DNA of 44,408 nucleotides from a virus (taxonomy: Duplodnaviria; Caudoviricetes). Of the stretch, positions 35,211-44,303 are shown one piece after another. The notes below the pieces were generated by a model. That model had not been told where the DNA came from, did no database searches, and was given only the letters and a program-made list of their open reading frames with translations. Position 1 is the stretch's first letter, and each line of letters starts with the position of its first letter. The translations under genes were made by a program, and so were the position numbers. The DNA is taken from positions 1 through 44,408 of IMG/VR virus record IMGVR_UViG_3300020045_011998; one strand, 5' to 3'.

Positions 35211-36254
35211 ATGGGCGGATTAGCAGTTCCTAATGTACGACGAGTACAGGCGGAAGAGTATCATGCAATTGGCGCAGAAGTAGAAGATCTTATTCGTAAA
35301 ACATGTGCGGATGGATGTAGGATAAACGTAATCCCGGGATACAGAGATAAAGAGAACTTCGGGGACATTGATTTATTAATTGACTCTGATTATGTAAACG
35401 TATTTGATTGGAAAGATTCCCTATATCTTTCTGGAGTAACGACCGAGCTTTTCACTAACGGCAAAAAGATAAACATGCTGTTCTCAGAGGGTCGTATCTC
35501 CTTCGACCAAGTTTATAGCTTTGCGTACAAAGGTGTTCAGGTAGATTGCGTATTCATTGAAGGTAGGCTTTACGAAGCTGCATACAACTACTTTGCATGG
35601 AATGACCTAGGAAACCTCCTGGGTAAGACTGTGCATAAGTTTGGAGTCAAACTAGGTCACAAAGGGTTGCAGTACGCGTATAGGCCAGATAATGACCACT
35701 TGTTTGAAACAATTGAAGTCAGCACGGACTGGTCAAAGATCCTACCTGCGTTTGGATGGGATTACGAAAGATATCAAGAAGGGTTTAATAACCTGGAAGA
35801 TATCTTTATGTTTGTTGCTAGCAGTTATTGGTTCAAGCCTGAAACGTATCTGTTGGAAAATCTCAATGCTACTGCGAGAATCCGAGATAAAAAGAGAAAG
35901 ACTTATCAAGAGTTTTTGAAGTGGTGTGAGAGAAAGCCTACGAGTGAAGATTGTTTCCCTTTTTTCTTAGAGAAATCTCTATACCTACCTTGGCTCTTTG
36001 GGACCTTTCCGGACTTTCGTGAAAAATATGAACTTGCCGAAGGAAGGTACCGTGAGCACTGCTTGGTTAAATCCAAGTTTAACGGGGAGCTGGTCAGGAA
36101 GTTAACTGGGCTTGAAGACAAAGAACTCGGGAGTTTTATGAAGGAAGTTCGAGGTCGGATGGGGTCAAACGAGTATGAACTAAAGCAATGGATTCTCAAT
36201 CATAGCGAGGCTGAGATTGGGTATTTGATCGGGGTTGTTCATAGGGTGTGGTAA
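35211..36254 (+). CDS. Pol-beta superfamily nucleotidyltransferase
   Basis: GYRDKENFGDIDLLI, VQVDCV, NDLGNLLG; AGGAG RBS. Confidence 0.75.
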   Translation: MGGLAVPNVRRVQAEEYHAIGAEVEDLIRKTCADGCRINVIPGYRDKENFGDIDLLIDSDYVNVFDWKDSLYLSGVTTELFTNGKKINMLFSEGRISFDQVYSFAYKGVQVDCVFIEGRLYEAAYNYFAWNDLGNLLGKTVHKFGVKLGHKGLQYAYRPDNDHLFETIEVSTDWSKILPAFGWDYERYQEGFNNLEDIFMFVASSYWFKPETYLLENLNATARIRDKKRKTYQEFLKWCERKPTSEDCFPFFLEKSLYLPWLFGTFPDFREKYELAEGRYREHCLVKSKFNGELVRKLTGLEDKELGSFMKEVRGRMGSNEYELKQWILNHSEAEIGYLIGVVHRVW

Positions 36255-36259
36255 AGAGG

Positions 36260-36282
36260 AAAGAGGCCTAGGCCTCTTTTTT
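36260..36282 (+). terminator. Intrinsic terminator
   Basis: AAAGAGGCC-ta-GGCCTCTTTTTT. Confidence 0.75.
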
Positions 36283-36285
36283 AGG

Positions 36286-36314
36286 TTGACGAGATGTGAA
36301 AGTTGTGATAAAGT
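36286..36314 (+). promoter_or_regulatory. Sigma70-type promoter
   Basis: TTGACG-17 nt-TAAAGT with an extended TG. Confidence 0.6.
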
Positions 36315-36335
36315 TAAGGATTAAGTATTAAACAA

Positions 36336-37184
36336 ATGAATATCAAAAACTACACAAGCAAAAATAGTAAAGAATTCTACGTCTACATATATAGAGACCT
36401 AGATGGAACACCTATTTACGTAGGGAAGGGTAAAGGTTTAAGATGGAAACTACATATTCAAGGTAGAGGTCATAATAAGAGACTTACCTATACTCTTAAT
36501 AAAAGACTTGAAGAAGATAATGTAACTTTAATACCTGAAATTATTATTTCTATAAATGAAGACCACTCATTTCTATTGGAAAAAGTACTTATAGAAATGT
36601 TCGGTAGACAAGACTTAAAAACAGGGTCCTTGTTTAATTATTCAGATGGAGGTGAAGGTCCGTCAGGAAGAATTACTTCGGAAGAGACTAAGAATAAAAT
36701 TCGTAATTCAAATCTTGGAAGAGTTATATCTGAAGAAACTCGTGCAAAAATGAGTAAATCTAGGCCCATTGGATGGAAAAGATCAGAAGAGCACACTACA
36801 AAACTCTTAAAAGCTAATATTGGTAGAGTTCACTCGGAGGAGCAAAGGAGGAAGGCTTCTGAAAGAGCTACCGGAAAGCCTTGCTTACCTGAGACTCGTG
36901 AAAAACTTAGGCTAATAAATACAGGTAAAAAAGCAAGTGAAGAAACTCGCGCAAAAATGAGTGAAGCTACTAAAAAACAAGTTTTTACAAAAGAGAGGAG
37001 CTTAAAAATTTCTGCTGCAAGAAAAGGGTATAAAGCTACCCCTGAAACTTGTGAAAAACTTAGACTTGCAAACTCAAAGCCCCACGAGAGAGTTAAATGT
37101 CCGCACTGCGATAAAGTTGGTGGAAAATCTGCAATGACAAAGCATCACTTTGATAACTGCAAACTTAAGCCGAAATCTGAATAG
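36336..37184 (+). CDS. GIY-YIG homing endonuclease with NUMOD3 repeats
   Basis: FYVYIYRD..GTPIYVGKG; L.NYSDGGEG; repeated SEETRAKMS; C-terminal CPHC. Confidence 0.9.
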   Translation: MNIKNYTSKNSKEFYVYIYRDLDGTPIYVGKGKGLRWKLHIQGRGHNKRLTYTLNKRLEEDNVTLIPEIIISINEDHSFLLEKVLIEMFGRQDLKTGSLFNYSDGGEGPSGRITSEETKNKIRNSNLGRVISEETRAKMSKSRPIGWKRSEEHTTKLLKANIGRVHSEEQRRKASERATGKPCLPETREKLRLINTGKKASEETRAKMSEATKKQVFTKERSLKISAARKGYKATPETCEKLRLANSKPHERVKCPHCDKVGGKSAMTKHHFDNCKLKPKSE

Positions 37185-38301
37185 GAGTATTAGCCTTAAT
37201 AGTTCCATCTTTTAAGGCTTGTAGAGCTTCTGATTCCGTCTTAAATTTTACAACTTTCTGTTCTGTATCAGGACTCGTTAGCGCTATGGAACCTAGAATC
37301 GCTTCATGGCCTGGGGCAAGCAAAGAAACCCCGATACCTTTCCGAGAATCGAAGATGTGATGTTCAGGTAAAAGTTTCTTTCTAGTTTCATCGATCGCCT
37401 CTTGTCCCTGTGGACAGTGAACACTTACGCAGTCGCCGTCAAAATCGGCCGAAAAGTTAGGTAGATGGATAGGGTTAAGGCCAATAGTCTGACCAGAAAC
37501 CGGGATTGGATAAAAAGCGGTTAGGTTACTGGCCATTAGGGTCGGTGCACGATTAATAATAACAGGAATAAGCTTTGTCATTTTAGCAAAGCTTGATTTA
37601 GCTGGCCCAGTTCTTAATTCAACCGCTTTTTTAGCCTCGGGATAAGTATAACCGTTCTTAACCAAGTCTCTAATAATATGAAATGCATACATCGTCCACA
37701 GCATTTCTGATGGGATTTTTGCTTCGTTAAATCCTGTGTCTGGTTCTGCGTAAATCGTAGCTCTGCCGGAGAAGTCTAGCTTGTGCGACAAAATTTTGCT
37801 TTGAAAATAACCAGTTTTAGGTCCGGACTCTCCTCCGATCTGCTTTAGAAAGCCTCTAATGCCTTTTCCTCGGCTAGAACCAGACAAGGCGTCACCTACC
37901 CCCATAACGGCCTTTGCACCGTCGTACAGGGCTGCGCGCTCGTTCATAAGCATATCATCTGGTAGATCGTCTTTGACACCCCTAAGACCTTCATTTGCAA
38001 GCTGATGTTCTTTGTATAAAACATTTGCGTCCGCGTACTCAATACGGTTCCCCGGCATCTGCATAGGAGGCCTGCAAATAGGAGGGATTACTGGCATATG
38101 ATGCAAAACATACGCATCCTCTGGCCGAATATCCATGCGCTTGAGGCTGTCAAGGTACTTAATCTGTTTAACCATAACGTCCCTTTTTGATGGGGACTTC
38201 GTTCCTTGAATTTCTTTTTTAAGCGCTGAAAGTTGAGTATCGATGTCAACTTCAGATAGCATGGCATGAAAAGCGTTTCCGCCAGTAGTTACTGCATTCA
38301 T
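37165..38301 (-). CDS. rpoC: Multi-subunit RNA polymerase, beta' catalytic part
   Basis: MPVIPPICRP, KTGYFQSKILSHKLDFSGRATI, INRAPTL, FSADFDGD. Confidence 0.93.
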   Translation of the reverse strand: MNAVTTGGNAFHAMLSEVDIDTQLSALKKEIQGTKSPSKRDVMVKQIKYLDSLKRMDIRPEDAYVLHHMPVIPPICRPPMQMPGNRIEYADANVLYKEHQLANEGLRGVKDDLPDDMLMNERAALYDGAKAVMGVGDALSGSSRGKGIRGFLKQIGGESGPKTGYFQSKILSHKLDFSGRATIYAEPDTGFNEAKIPSEMLWTMYAFHIIRDLVKNGYTYPEAKKAVELRTGPAKSSFAKMTKLIPVIINRAPTLMASNLTAFYPIPVSGQTIGLNPIHLPNFSADFDGDCVSVHCPQGQEAIDETRKKLLPEHHIFDSRKGIGVSLLAPGHEAILGSIALTSPDTEQKVVKFKTESEALQALKDGTIKANTPIQISA

Positions 38302-38302
38302 A

Positions 38303-41300
38303 TTAATTATCTTCGTTCTCTACTTCAAGTTTATCTACTTCCATTGGACGGCCTTTAATAGTGTTTACCCCAAAAGACCTGATAACATTACCGGATGCAA
38401 TATCATGGATTTGGAAATTAGTACCCACTTTGCTTACGCCGTAGGAACCACGAGCAACACCTTCGAATTCTTTTGTGGACAATCCAAGAACTGACTTTAC
38501 CGATCGCTCCATTAAGGGATTCACGATAGGTTCTGCAAGGTTGTAATGGCCCCACTTAGTACCCTTGAGGCCCCCCGTGATAAACGGGTCGAACAGGCCT
38601 CCGCGTTCCGGTTCTAGATTCTTTGCGGAGATCATGGTTGGATCTTTGATCTCCCCGTTTGACATCTCAAGAATATCTTTGTTAGTAAGAGGGGTTGCAA
38701 CAATACTACCCTTATCAATTGTAGTTTTAATACCTGACGCCCGTAAATAGGATAGGAACTTATCTGTTGCAAAAGTACGTTTTGGAGGAGGTACAGGTTG
38801 ACCCGTAAGGAATTTCTCCCAATATAAATCGTTTTGCTCACTTTTAGTGGTGGCCATTTCCCGTAGATTTTTACGGGCGTCTGACCCGATTAACCCTAAG
38901 AATTCCATGCTGCCAAGAGATTTTGACCCGCCAAGTCCACCCTTAAGAGGTTGCATGTTATTGTCGTATCCTCCAGTGTTTCTCGCGGCAAAGTTACCTT
39001 CAGTGGTCTTAAAAATTTTGAGCATATACTGAGGTCCTGTAAGAACATTACCGAGTACTCTATTAGTTTTAGGGTCCCAAAGTTCTTCCGTATCAGAGAT
39101 GCCATGATCTTTTAATTCCTGCTGAAGGTCCTTGACGTTGCTCTTATTACTAAAGTTATGAACTAGGTATGGCTTGCCGGTTTTTTCAGCAATCTTACCA
39201 GCTGCAGTTTCCATTAACTGACCTAGATTAACGCGAGATGTAACTGACGCAGGGTTTAGTAAAATATCTACAGGCTTTCCGGTAGCCTTGTTATAAGGCA
39301 TTTCATGGTCTTCAAGTATAAGGGACACAATTCCTTTGTTGCCGTGTAATCCGGAAATTTTATCACCCACGACAAGGCCCATCTTCGTTCTAAGAATAAA
39401 TCTAATCTGTTTCCCTTCTATGTGAGAATCAACAATCGTTCCATCCTCTTCGTGCTCCCAGAAGCCAGCAACTAGTTTGTACGGATTGACCAAGGTGCGG
39501 TGCAGGCGCCCTAAAAGTACATCTTCCGCCGTCGGATCCCGTCTCTCTAACACTGCATAAACCGGATCGCCATGGTGCATGACTGCACCTGCTTTAGCAT
39601 ACCCAGATTCATCCAGCTTATCCAACTGCTCTTTTGTCAGCTTCCCAGGGAAGTATCGGGAGATGAGACTCTTCTTAGCTAAAGTGGTTTCATTAACGTC
39701 GTAGTCAACCTTGTACGCATGGTGGCTGCTAAGTGAGTCAGCCGCAGCTCTGCTTAGGACCAGTCCGTCCTCGTGGTTGTAGCCCTTCCAAGGAATGTAT
39801 GCAGCCGTCAGGTTCTTGCCTAGAGCAAGCTGACCATCGCGTGTGTAATTGCTTTCAAATAGCTGCTGCCCAGCATGAACATGGTCTCCGACTTTGACCA
39901 AAGGTTTTTCGTCGTCATGGAACCCTTTCATGTTGAACGGTAGATTCTTGACAGCCTTGACATCCACAATCTTTCCGCTCTCCGCCTTGACGCGAATAGA
40001 GGTATCAGACACGTTAACCACGATGCCGTCCACAGGGCTCCCAGTGCCGATTACAGACGCTAGAGTCTTAACAAAGGGCGTACCATTGCCAGATACCGTT
40101 TGGACAAGTGGAGCCTCTCTATTGACCAAGCTTAGGGCTTGTGGGATTGATTTGCCGGCCATGGTCAGTCGACCTGGATGGTTTGAATTCAAGAACGGGA
40201 CAAGGTTCGTCGTGACCGTGTACATGTCAGACGTATCTGCAAGCCAGTAGTCAACCTCGCTTCGGTCACATTCACCAAGCTCACCTTTAATTTGAGCCTG
40301 GACTTTTTTCATCTTAGGATCGTCTTGGTGAGGAAAGCCGATCGTATGCGTCATCATGTCATGGACAGATAATGATACAAGCTTGCCGGACTTATCCTTG
40401 ACGTTGGCGTACAAGTTCCCTTCGTCGTCACGCTTAGCGGAGATAGTAAAACGTTGGTCAATACCTGCGTGGCTTGATTCAGGCGTACGACTAGGGTCAA
40501 TGATACCGAGATGGCTAGGGTGAATGTCTCGTGCGCCCATGGGAACGCCACGCTCAGACGAAATACCACCTTCGCCTGCACCTAGTACAGTCACTTTGGC
40601 AACGTTTTCCACGGATTCGATTGGATTGGTTTCAGAAGGGGTCGAAACCAAGTTACTATCCATGATATATCCGGAGAAAAACTTGTTGAACGGCTTAGGA
40701 CCTAGCTTTCCACTGAGTGTGGGCTTGAGTGGATCAATGCGGTCAATCTCTCGAACGATGCGCCCCTTAATGGTCTTAACGACCTGGTGCTCTTTCTCAA
40801 ACCGAGTTCGTAAGAAATCAGGTAGGTTTTGTACCCGCTTGAACTGAAGGGAGTCACGATTGTCTTCAGGTCGACGCTGTGCGTGAACGTCGACGAGGTT
40901 CTTCATGGCTAAAAGAATAGCTTCGTGTGTTACGCCTGACAAAGCCTTGCCAAGTGTTGCCTTGGTGGTTTGTTCGCTAAGTTGAGACCCTTCTAAGCTT
41001 GCGCGAAGTTGAACGATTTTTTCAGCAGTGTTTGCACCAGGGACTTGCTTGGCAGTTGACACCATCTTAGAGTAGAAATCGGAAATGAGACGATCCTCTT
41101 TTCCTGTCGTAGCTTTCAGATTGTCCGCCCAAACTTCTCCAGGGATATATCTTCCAACCTCCCCAGGACCAATACCAAACACCCGAGAAAGCAATGGTGC
41201 TGCTGGGATTCGTGAGCTACCTACTTCAAGGTAAAACATCCCTGTTACAGGATCTAGGGTTAACGAAAAGCTTCGACCCGTTCCAGTATTGAAGTTTGAC

Positions 41301-41722
41301 TCTAGTTCCCCAGTCTCACGTGAGCGTGTGTATACACCAGAACGTAACTGAAGCTGGTTTGCGGCAGCATAATTGTTACCCTTGTAAAGCATCGTATGCT
41401 TTCCAGTAAGGTGGAAACTATCTAGAAGAGAGAACCCTTTCTGCTCATCAATGACTTGGCCAGTAACCTTGTCAATGAGTTGTAAGTCCCCTTTGATCGG
41501 GTACGTCAAGCTTCTACGCTCAAGGACGGCCCTCTTTTCATCTTCGTGCGTGTATTCTTTTCGCTCTGCTCTCATGTTAGAGATTTCTAAACGAAAATGC
41601 TTTCCCTCGACTGGGAATTGACTAAGTAGACCTTTGATGAGTTCTCGGTCTACTTTATGGCCGATCTCGACTGGAGAGGAGAAGATTCGAGTTAGAGCGG
41701 GTTGATTGATTGCGTCAGGCAT
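38303..41722 (-). CDS. rpoB: Multi-subunit RNA polymerase beta subunit fused to the beta' N-terminus
   Basis: QLQLRSGVY, RDIHPSHLGIIDPSRTPES, ALGKNL, GYNHEDG, GDKISGLHGNKGIVS, LNPASVTSRVNLGQ, GPQYMLK, SLGSME; then beta'-like PERGGLFD..GHYNLAEP. Confidence 0.95.
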   Translation of the reverse strand: MPDAINQPALTRIFSSPVEIGHKVDRELIKGLLSQFPVEGKHFRLEISNMRAERKEYTHEDEKRAVLERRSLTYPIKGDLQLIDKVTGQVIDEQKGFSLLDSFHLTGKHTMLYKGNNYAAANQLQLRSGVYTRSRETGELESNFNTGTGRSFSLTLDPVTGMFYLEVGSSRIPAAPLLSRVFGIGPGEVGRYIPGEVWADNLKATTGKEDRLISDFYSKMVSTAKQVPGANTAEKIVQLRASLEGSQLSEQTTKATLGKALSGVTHEAILLAMKNLVDVHAQRRPEDNRDSLQFKRVQNLPDFLRTRFEKEHQVVKTIKGRIVREIDRIDPLKPTLSGKLGPKPFNKFFSGYIMDSNLVSTPSETNPIESVENVAKVTVLGAGEGGISSERGVPMGARDIHPSHLGIIDPSRTPESSHAGIDQRFTISAKRDDEGNLYANVKDKSGKLVSLSVHDMMTHTIGFPHQDDPKMKKVQAQIKGELGECDRSEVDYWLADTSDMYTVTTNLVPFLNSNHPGRLTMAGKSIPQALSLVNREAPLVQTVSGNGTPFVKTLASVIGTGSPVDGIVVNVSDTSIRVKAESGKIVDVKAVKNLPFNMKGFHDDEKPLVKVGDHVHAGQQLFESNYTRDGQLALGKNLTAAYIPWKGYNHEDGLVLSRAAADSLSSHHAYKVDYDVNETTLAKKSLISRYFPGKLTKEQLDKLDESGYAKAGAVMHHGDPVYAVLERRDPTAEDVLLGRLHRTLVNPYKLVAGFWEHEEDGTIVDSHIEGKQIRFILRTKMGLVVGDKISGLHGNKGIVSLILEDHEMPYNKATGKPVDILLNPASVTSRVNLGQLMETAAGKIAEKTGKPYLVHNFSNKSNVKDLQQELKDHGISDTEELWDPKTNRVLGNVLTGPQYMLKIFKTTEGNFAARNTGGYDNNMQPLKGGLGGSKSLGSMEFLGLIGSDARKNLREMATTKSEQNDLYWEKFLTGQPVPPPKRTFATDKFLSYLRASGIKTTIDKGSIVATPLTNKDILEMSNGEIKDPTMISAKNLEPERGGLFDPFITGGLKGTKWGHYNLAEPIVNPLMERSVKSVLGLSTKEFEGVARGSYGVSKVGTNFQIHDIASGNVIRSFGVNTIKGRPMEVDKLEVENEDN

Positions 41723-41739
41723 AGACCAAGAGTTTAGGT

Positions 41740-42078
41740 TTAATCTGTCTCTTCGATGTACTGAATAAGGATCAGAACTTGATCCATGAATACAAAACGT
41801 TCTTCTGAAAGGACATAAGTCCCTGTTCCCCGAAGAGCTGCGGTTTTGATTTGCTCTAGGTCAGCAAGGTCTGCAGGATCTTGAACGTTGATGCGGCGAT
41901 ATCGAACGCGCATATTCTCTACCTTCGTCGCCTTCGATGCAGGTACAAAGCCCGGGATGGTGGCGGGGTCGATCTTAGAGACCTTCCCGCCGGATTTCAT
42001 AATGTCAAGATTGCCTAAGTTGTCTAACAAAACAGTTCCTTTAAAGTTAAGTCTGGATATTATATCACTAAATCTCAA
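41740..42078 (-). CDS. Hypothetical protein
   Basis: ORF between portal and RNAP; start uncertain (TTG at 42078 or an internal Met). Confidence 0.65.
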   Translation of the reverse strand: MRFSDIISRLNFKGTVLLDNLGNLDIMKSGGKVSKIDPATIPGFVPASKATKVENMRVRYRRINVQDPADLADLEQIKTAALRGTGTYVLSEERFVFMDQVLILIQYIEETD

Positions 42079-43916
42079 AGTTTACCAGTTGGTCCGCCCT
42101 CTTCGGGCTCTGCCCCACCTTGGCCCGGAGCAGGCCCTCCTTGCGCGGCTTGAGCTTGTCCCGCTGCGGCTGGAGAGTTAGCCCCACCTGCCACAGCTTC
42201 CTGTTGTAACCCCATTTCGTTCTGAGCACGCATTGCTTCATTCTGTTCTTCCAACAGCTTTGATACCATGAGATACTTGGCGTAATCAGTGACTTTCAGC
42301 TCATTGAGGACTTGACGCTTCGTACCATCATCAGCTTGCAGCAATTCTTCGACCAACTGCTGAGCTTGTTGTAGAGCTGCCTGATAGCTGTCGTCCTTAG
42401 TATTCTTCTTCGTGATCTCCGTTCCAGCCAGGAATACGGCTTGTTCAGATTCGTACTGAGTAAGCACCTGATTTTTGGCATCTCGAACCGCATCATCCCG
42501 AATACGATCTTGTTCGTCCGCATAAGAGCGACCCATCGATTCATAGATAGTCGTCATGGAAACCTTACCTGTTTGAGCGAGGCCCATGAGAATGGCCTTC
42601 AGAGACTCATCATCGGTCAACTGGAAGGGTGTCAAGCGAACTTGATGGTATGGGTACTTCATATAGGCTGAAGCCTTGGAGAAGATCCAATCAATCAGTT
42701 CTTGAATCTGAGTAACGTAGCTATCAAGAGTATTCTTGAGCATGCGAAGACCCACCGTTGAACTGGTCCAATTCGTAGATCCACTCAGAAGCTCTCGGCT
42801 TACACCCATTGAAAGTAGCAGACTCTCTTCGGCTTGAGCAATCTCTGCATTGACAAGCAGGGTCTTACCTTCTCCTGAAATAGGCTGATATCCAATAGGT
42901 ACTGGTGCGATCAGGACGTGATTATTGTCAGCCTTGTGTTTGACAAATGCTTGCTCCATATTTGCAGCAAAGCTTCGCATGGATAAAGCTACGACGGGGT
43001 CAGAGTTGCCTGTCTGCGCCTGAGGATAGACGACGCGAAGAGGTGACATGAAGTCTGTAGCAATAGACTCGTTCGCCTTACGAAGAGTGGCTTGGTAAAA
43101 GACAAGATTGAAATGGGTAACAAGCGGGGGTACAGAAATACCATTGATTGCAAAGCCCATGTCGATGTTTTTCAGGTGAAAGATGTGATCTTCTTCGAAC
43201 TGAAACTCTTGTTTGTTCTTGACAGCCTCCACGAATTCCCAAGGGACCGTATCTAGGAACAGACGATCTCCTTCACGAATCTTTCTTTGGATATCGTTAG
43301 GGATGTTGTAGTAATAGTCGCTGCGACCTGAGATAGGATTGTGGTTGACCGTGATGTGGGTAGGATCCCACAGGATCACATTCATGTGTTTAATGTTCGT
43401 AGACTTCGCATCATGGCGATGAAAGTTACCAGTATGTCCGCAAGACGGGCACTGACCTGTGAACTCAAATTGCTTAAATGACAAGAACTTAGCTTTCTCC
43501 GCACCGTAAGCAGTCTTGCAGCTTGGGCAGACAAGCGTTCGAATAATAGGGAAGTACAGGCTAACGAAGACGTTTCCGACCGTATGATACTGAAAGCCGA
43601 CGTTGTGCAGTGTAGTGATTAGCCGAAAGCTCTTGACAAGCTCTTCGTACTTAGAACGTACGGAAGGGTCTTGTGATGCGTAAGTGAATCCTGTGATCGG
43701 ATAGGTAGCAAGCTTACGAACGACTTCTGTTGTGACAGGGCTTTGAATGGCAATGTACCGAGCCCAGCGAATTACGTCGTGAAGGTTTCTAGGTAAGAAC
43801 TGGGACCCGACTGTGAAGTAAGGGTTCTTCGTTGCGGCATGGTTGCCTTGGCCTGCGACCCCGCCGCCGTAAGAGCCGGTGCCAGGTACGAGAGGGGGTT
43901 GGTATAGGTTGGTCAT
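42075..43916 (-). CDS. Portal protein
   Basis: 613 aa; GNVFVS, IFHLK, GISVPPL, EESLLLSMGVSRELL, KVSMTT follow the portal-like pattern; CPSC...CPSC insertion. Confidence 0.75.
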   Translation of the reverse strand: MTNLYQPPLVPGTGSYGGGVAGQGNHAATKNPYFTVGSQFLPRNLHDVIRWARYIAIQSPVTTEVVRKLATYPITGFTYASQDPSVRSKYEELVKSFRLITTLHNVGFQYHTVGNVFVSLYFPIIRTLVCPSCKTAYGAEKAKFLSFKQFEFTGQCPSCGHTGNFHRHDAKSTNIKHMNVILWDPTHITVNHNPISGRSDYYYNIPNDIQRKIREGDRLFLDTVPWEFVEAVKNKQEFQFEEDHIFHLKNIDMGFAINGISVPPLVTHFNLVFYQATLRKANESIATDFMSPLRVVYPQAQTGNSDPVVALSMRSFAANMEQAFVKHKADNNHVLIAPVPIGYQPISGEGKTLLVNAEIAQAEESLLLSMGVSRELLSGSTNWTSSTVGLRMLKNTLDSYVTQIQELIDWIFSKASAYMKYPYHQVRLTPFQLTDDESLKAILMGLAQTGKVSMTTIYESMGRSYADEQDRIRDDAVRDAKNQVLTQYESEQAVFLAGTEITKKNTKDDSYQAALQQAQQLVEELLQADDGTKRQVLNELKVTDYAKYLMVSKLLEEQNEAMRAQNEMGLQQEAVAGGANSPAAAGQAQAAQGGPAPGQGGAEPEEGGPTGKL

Positions 43917-44166
43917 GTAGGATTAGGTTTACGCTTTGAGCGATTGTACTTCAAATTTTAACTGAATGGGTACTTTTTTAAGGAATGATTTAAACGAGTT
44001 TTAAGCCATTTAAAACCCTAACCCAAGGCCAGTGTAGCCACACCCATTTAAAACAGCTCTAATGGCCTTCCAGAGGCCTTCTAGAGGAAGCCTGGGGTAA
44101 GGTGGAAGGAGCCCTACAGCAACCATACCGCCGATCTGTCCTGGGATGGCTTTGGGACTCAAAACC

Positions 44167-44303
44167 GGACAAAGAAGCCATCCTCGTTTTCGGTTTTCGG
44201 ACAAAATGGACGGAAAGTAGACAGGTGTCCTAAAACTTTTTAGAAACTGGACAAGCCTTTTCCCTGTGAAATCAAGCACTTAAGGCGGTTTGTCCAATTG
44301 TCC
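44167..44303. repeat. Right-end non-coding module: GGACA repeats in both orientations plus IHF-consensus site
   Basis: GGACAA at 44167, 44199 and 44249; TGTCC at 44226, 44291 and 44299; AATCAAGCACTTA at 44270-44282; 18-mer shared with the left end. Confidence 0.7.

Noticed and set aside
38290-38420. Intron or intein at the beta/beta' split
   Set aside because: Only 1 nt separates stop and start, and no intein terminal motifs or room for a group I intron were seen
30921-41722. Bacterial chromosomal rpoBC locus
   Set aside because: No ribosomal protein genes, non-bacterial subunit boundaries, and flanked by portal and capsid genes
337-42671. Many short ORFs antisense or out of frame within long genes (e.g. 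1473-1904, 14371-14772, 39894-40250)
   Set aside because: Shadow ORFs fully overlapping well-supported genes
44010-44279. 89-aa minus-strand ORF
   Set aside because: Runs through the palindromic/repeat-rich terminal module and has no RBS or protein-like features
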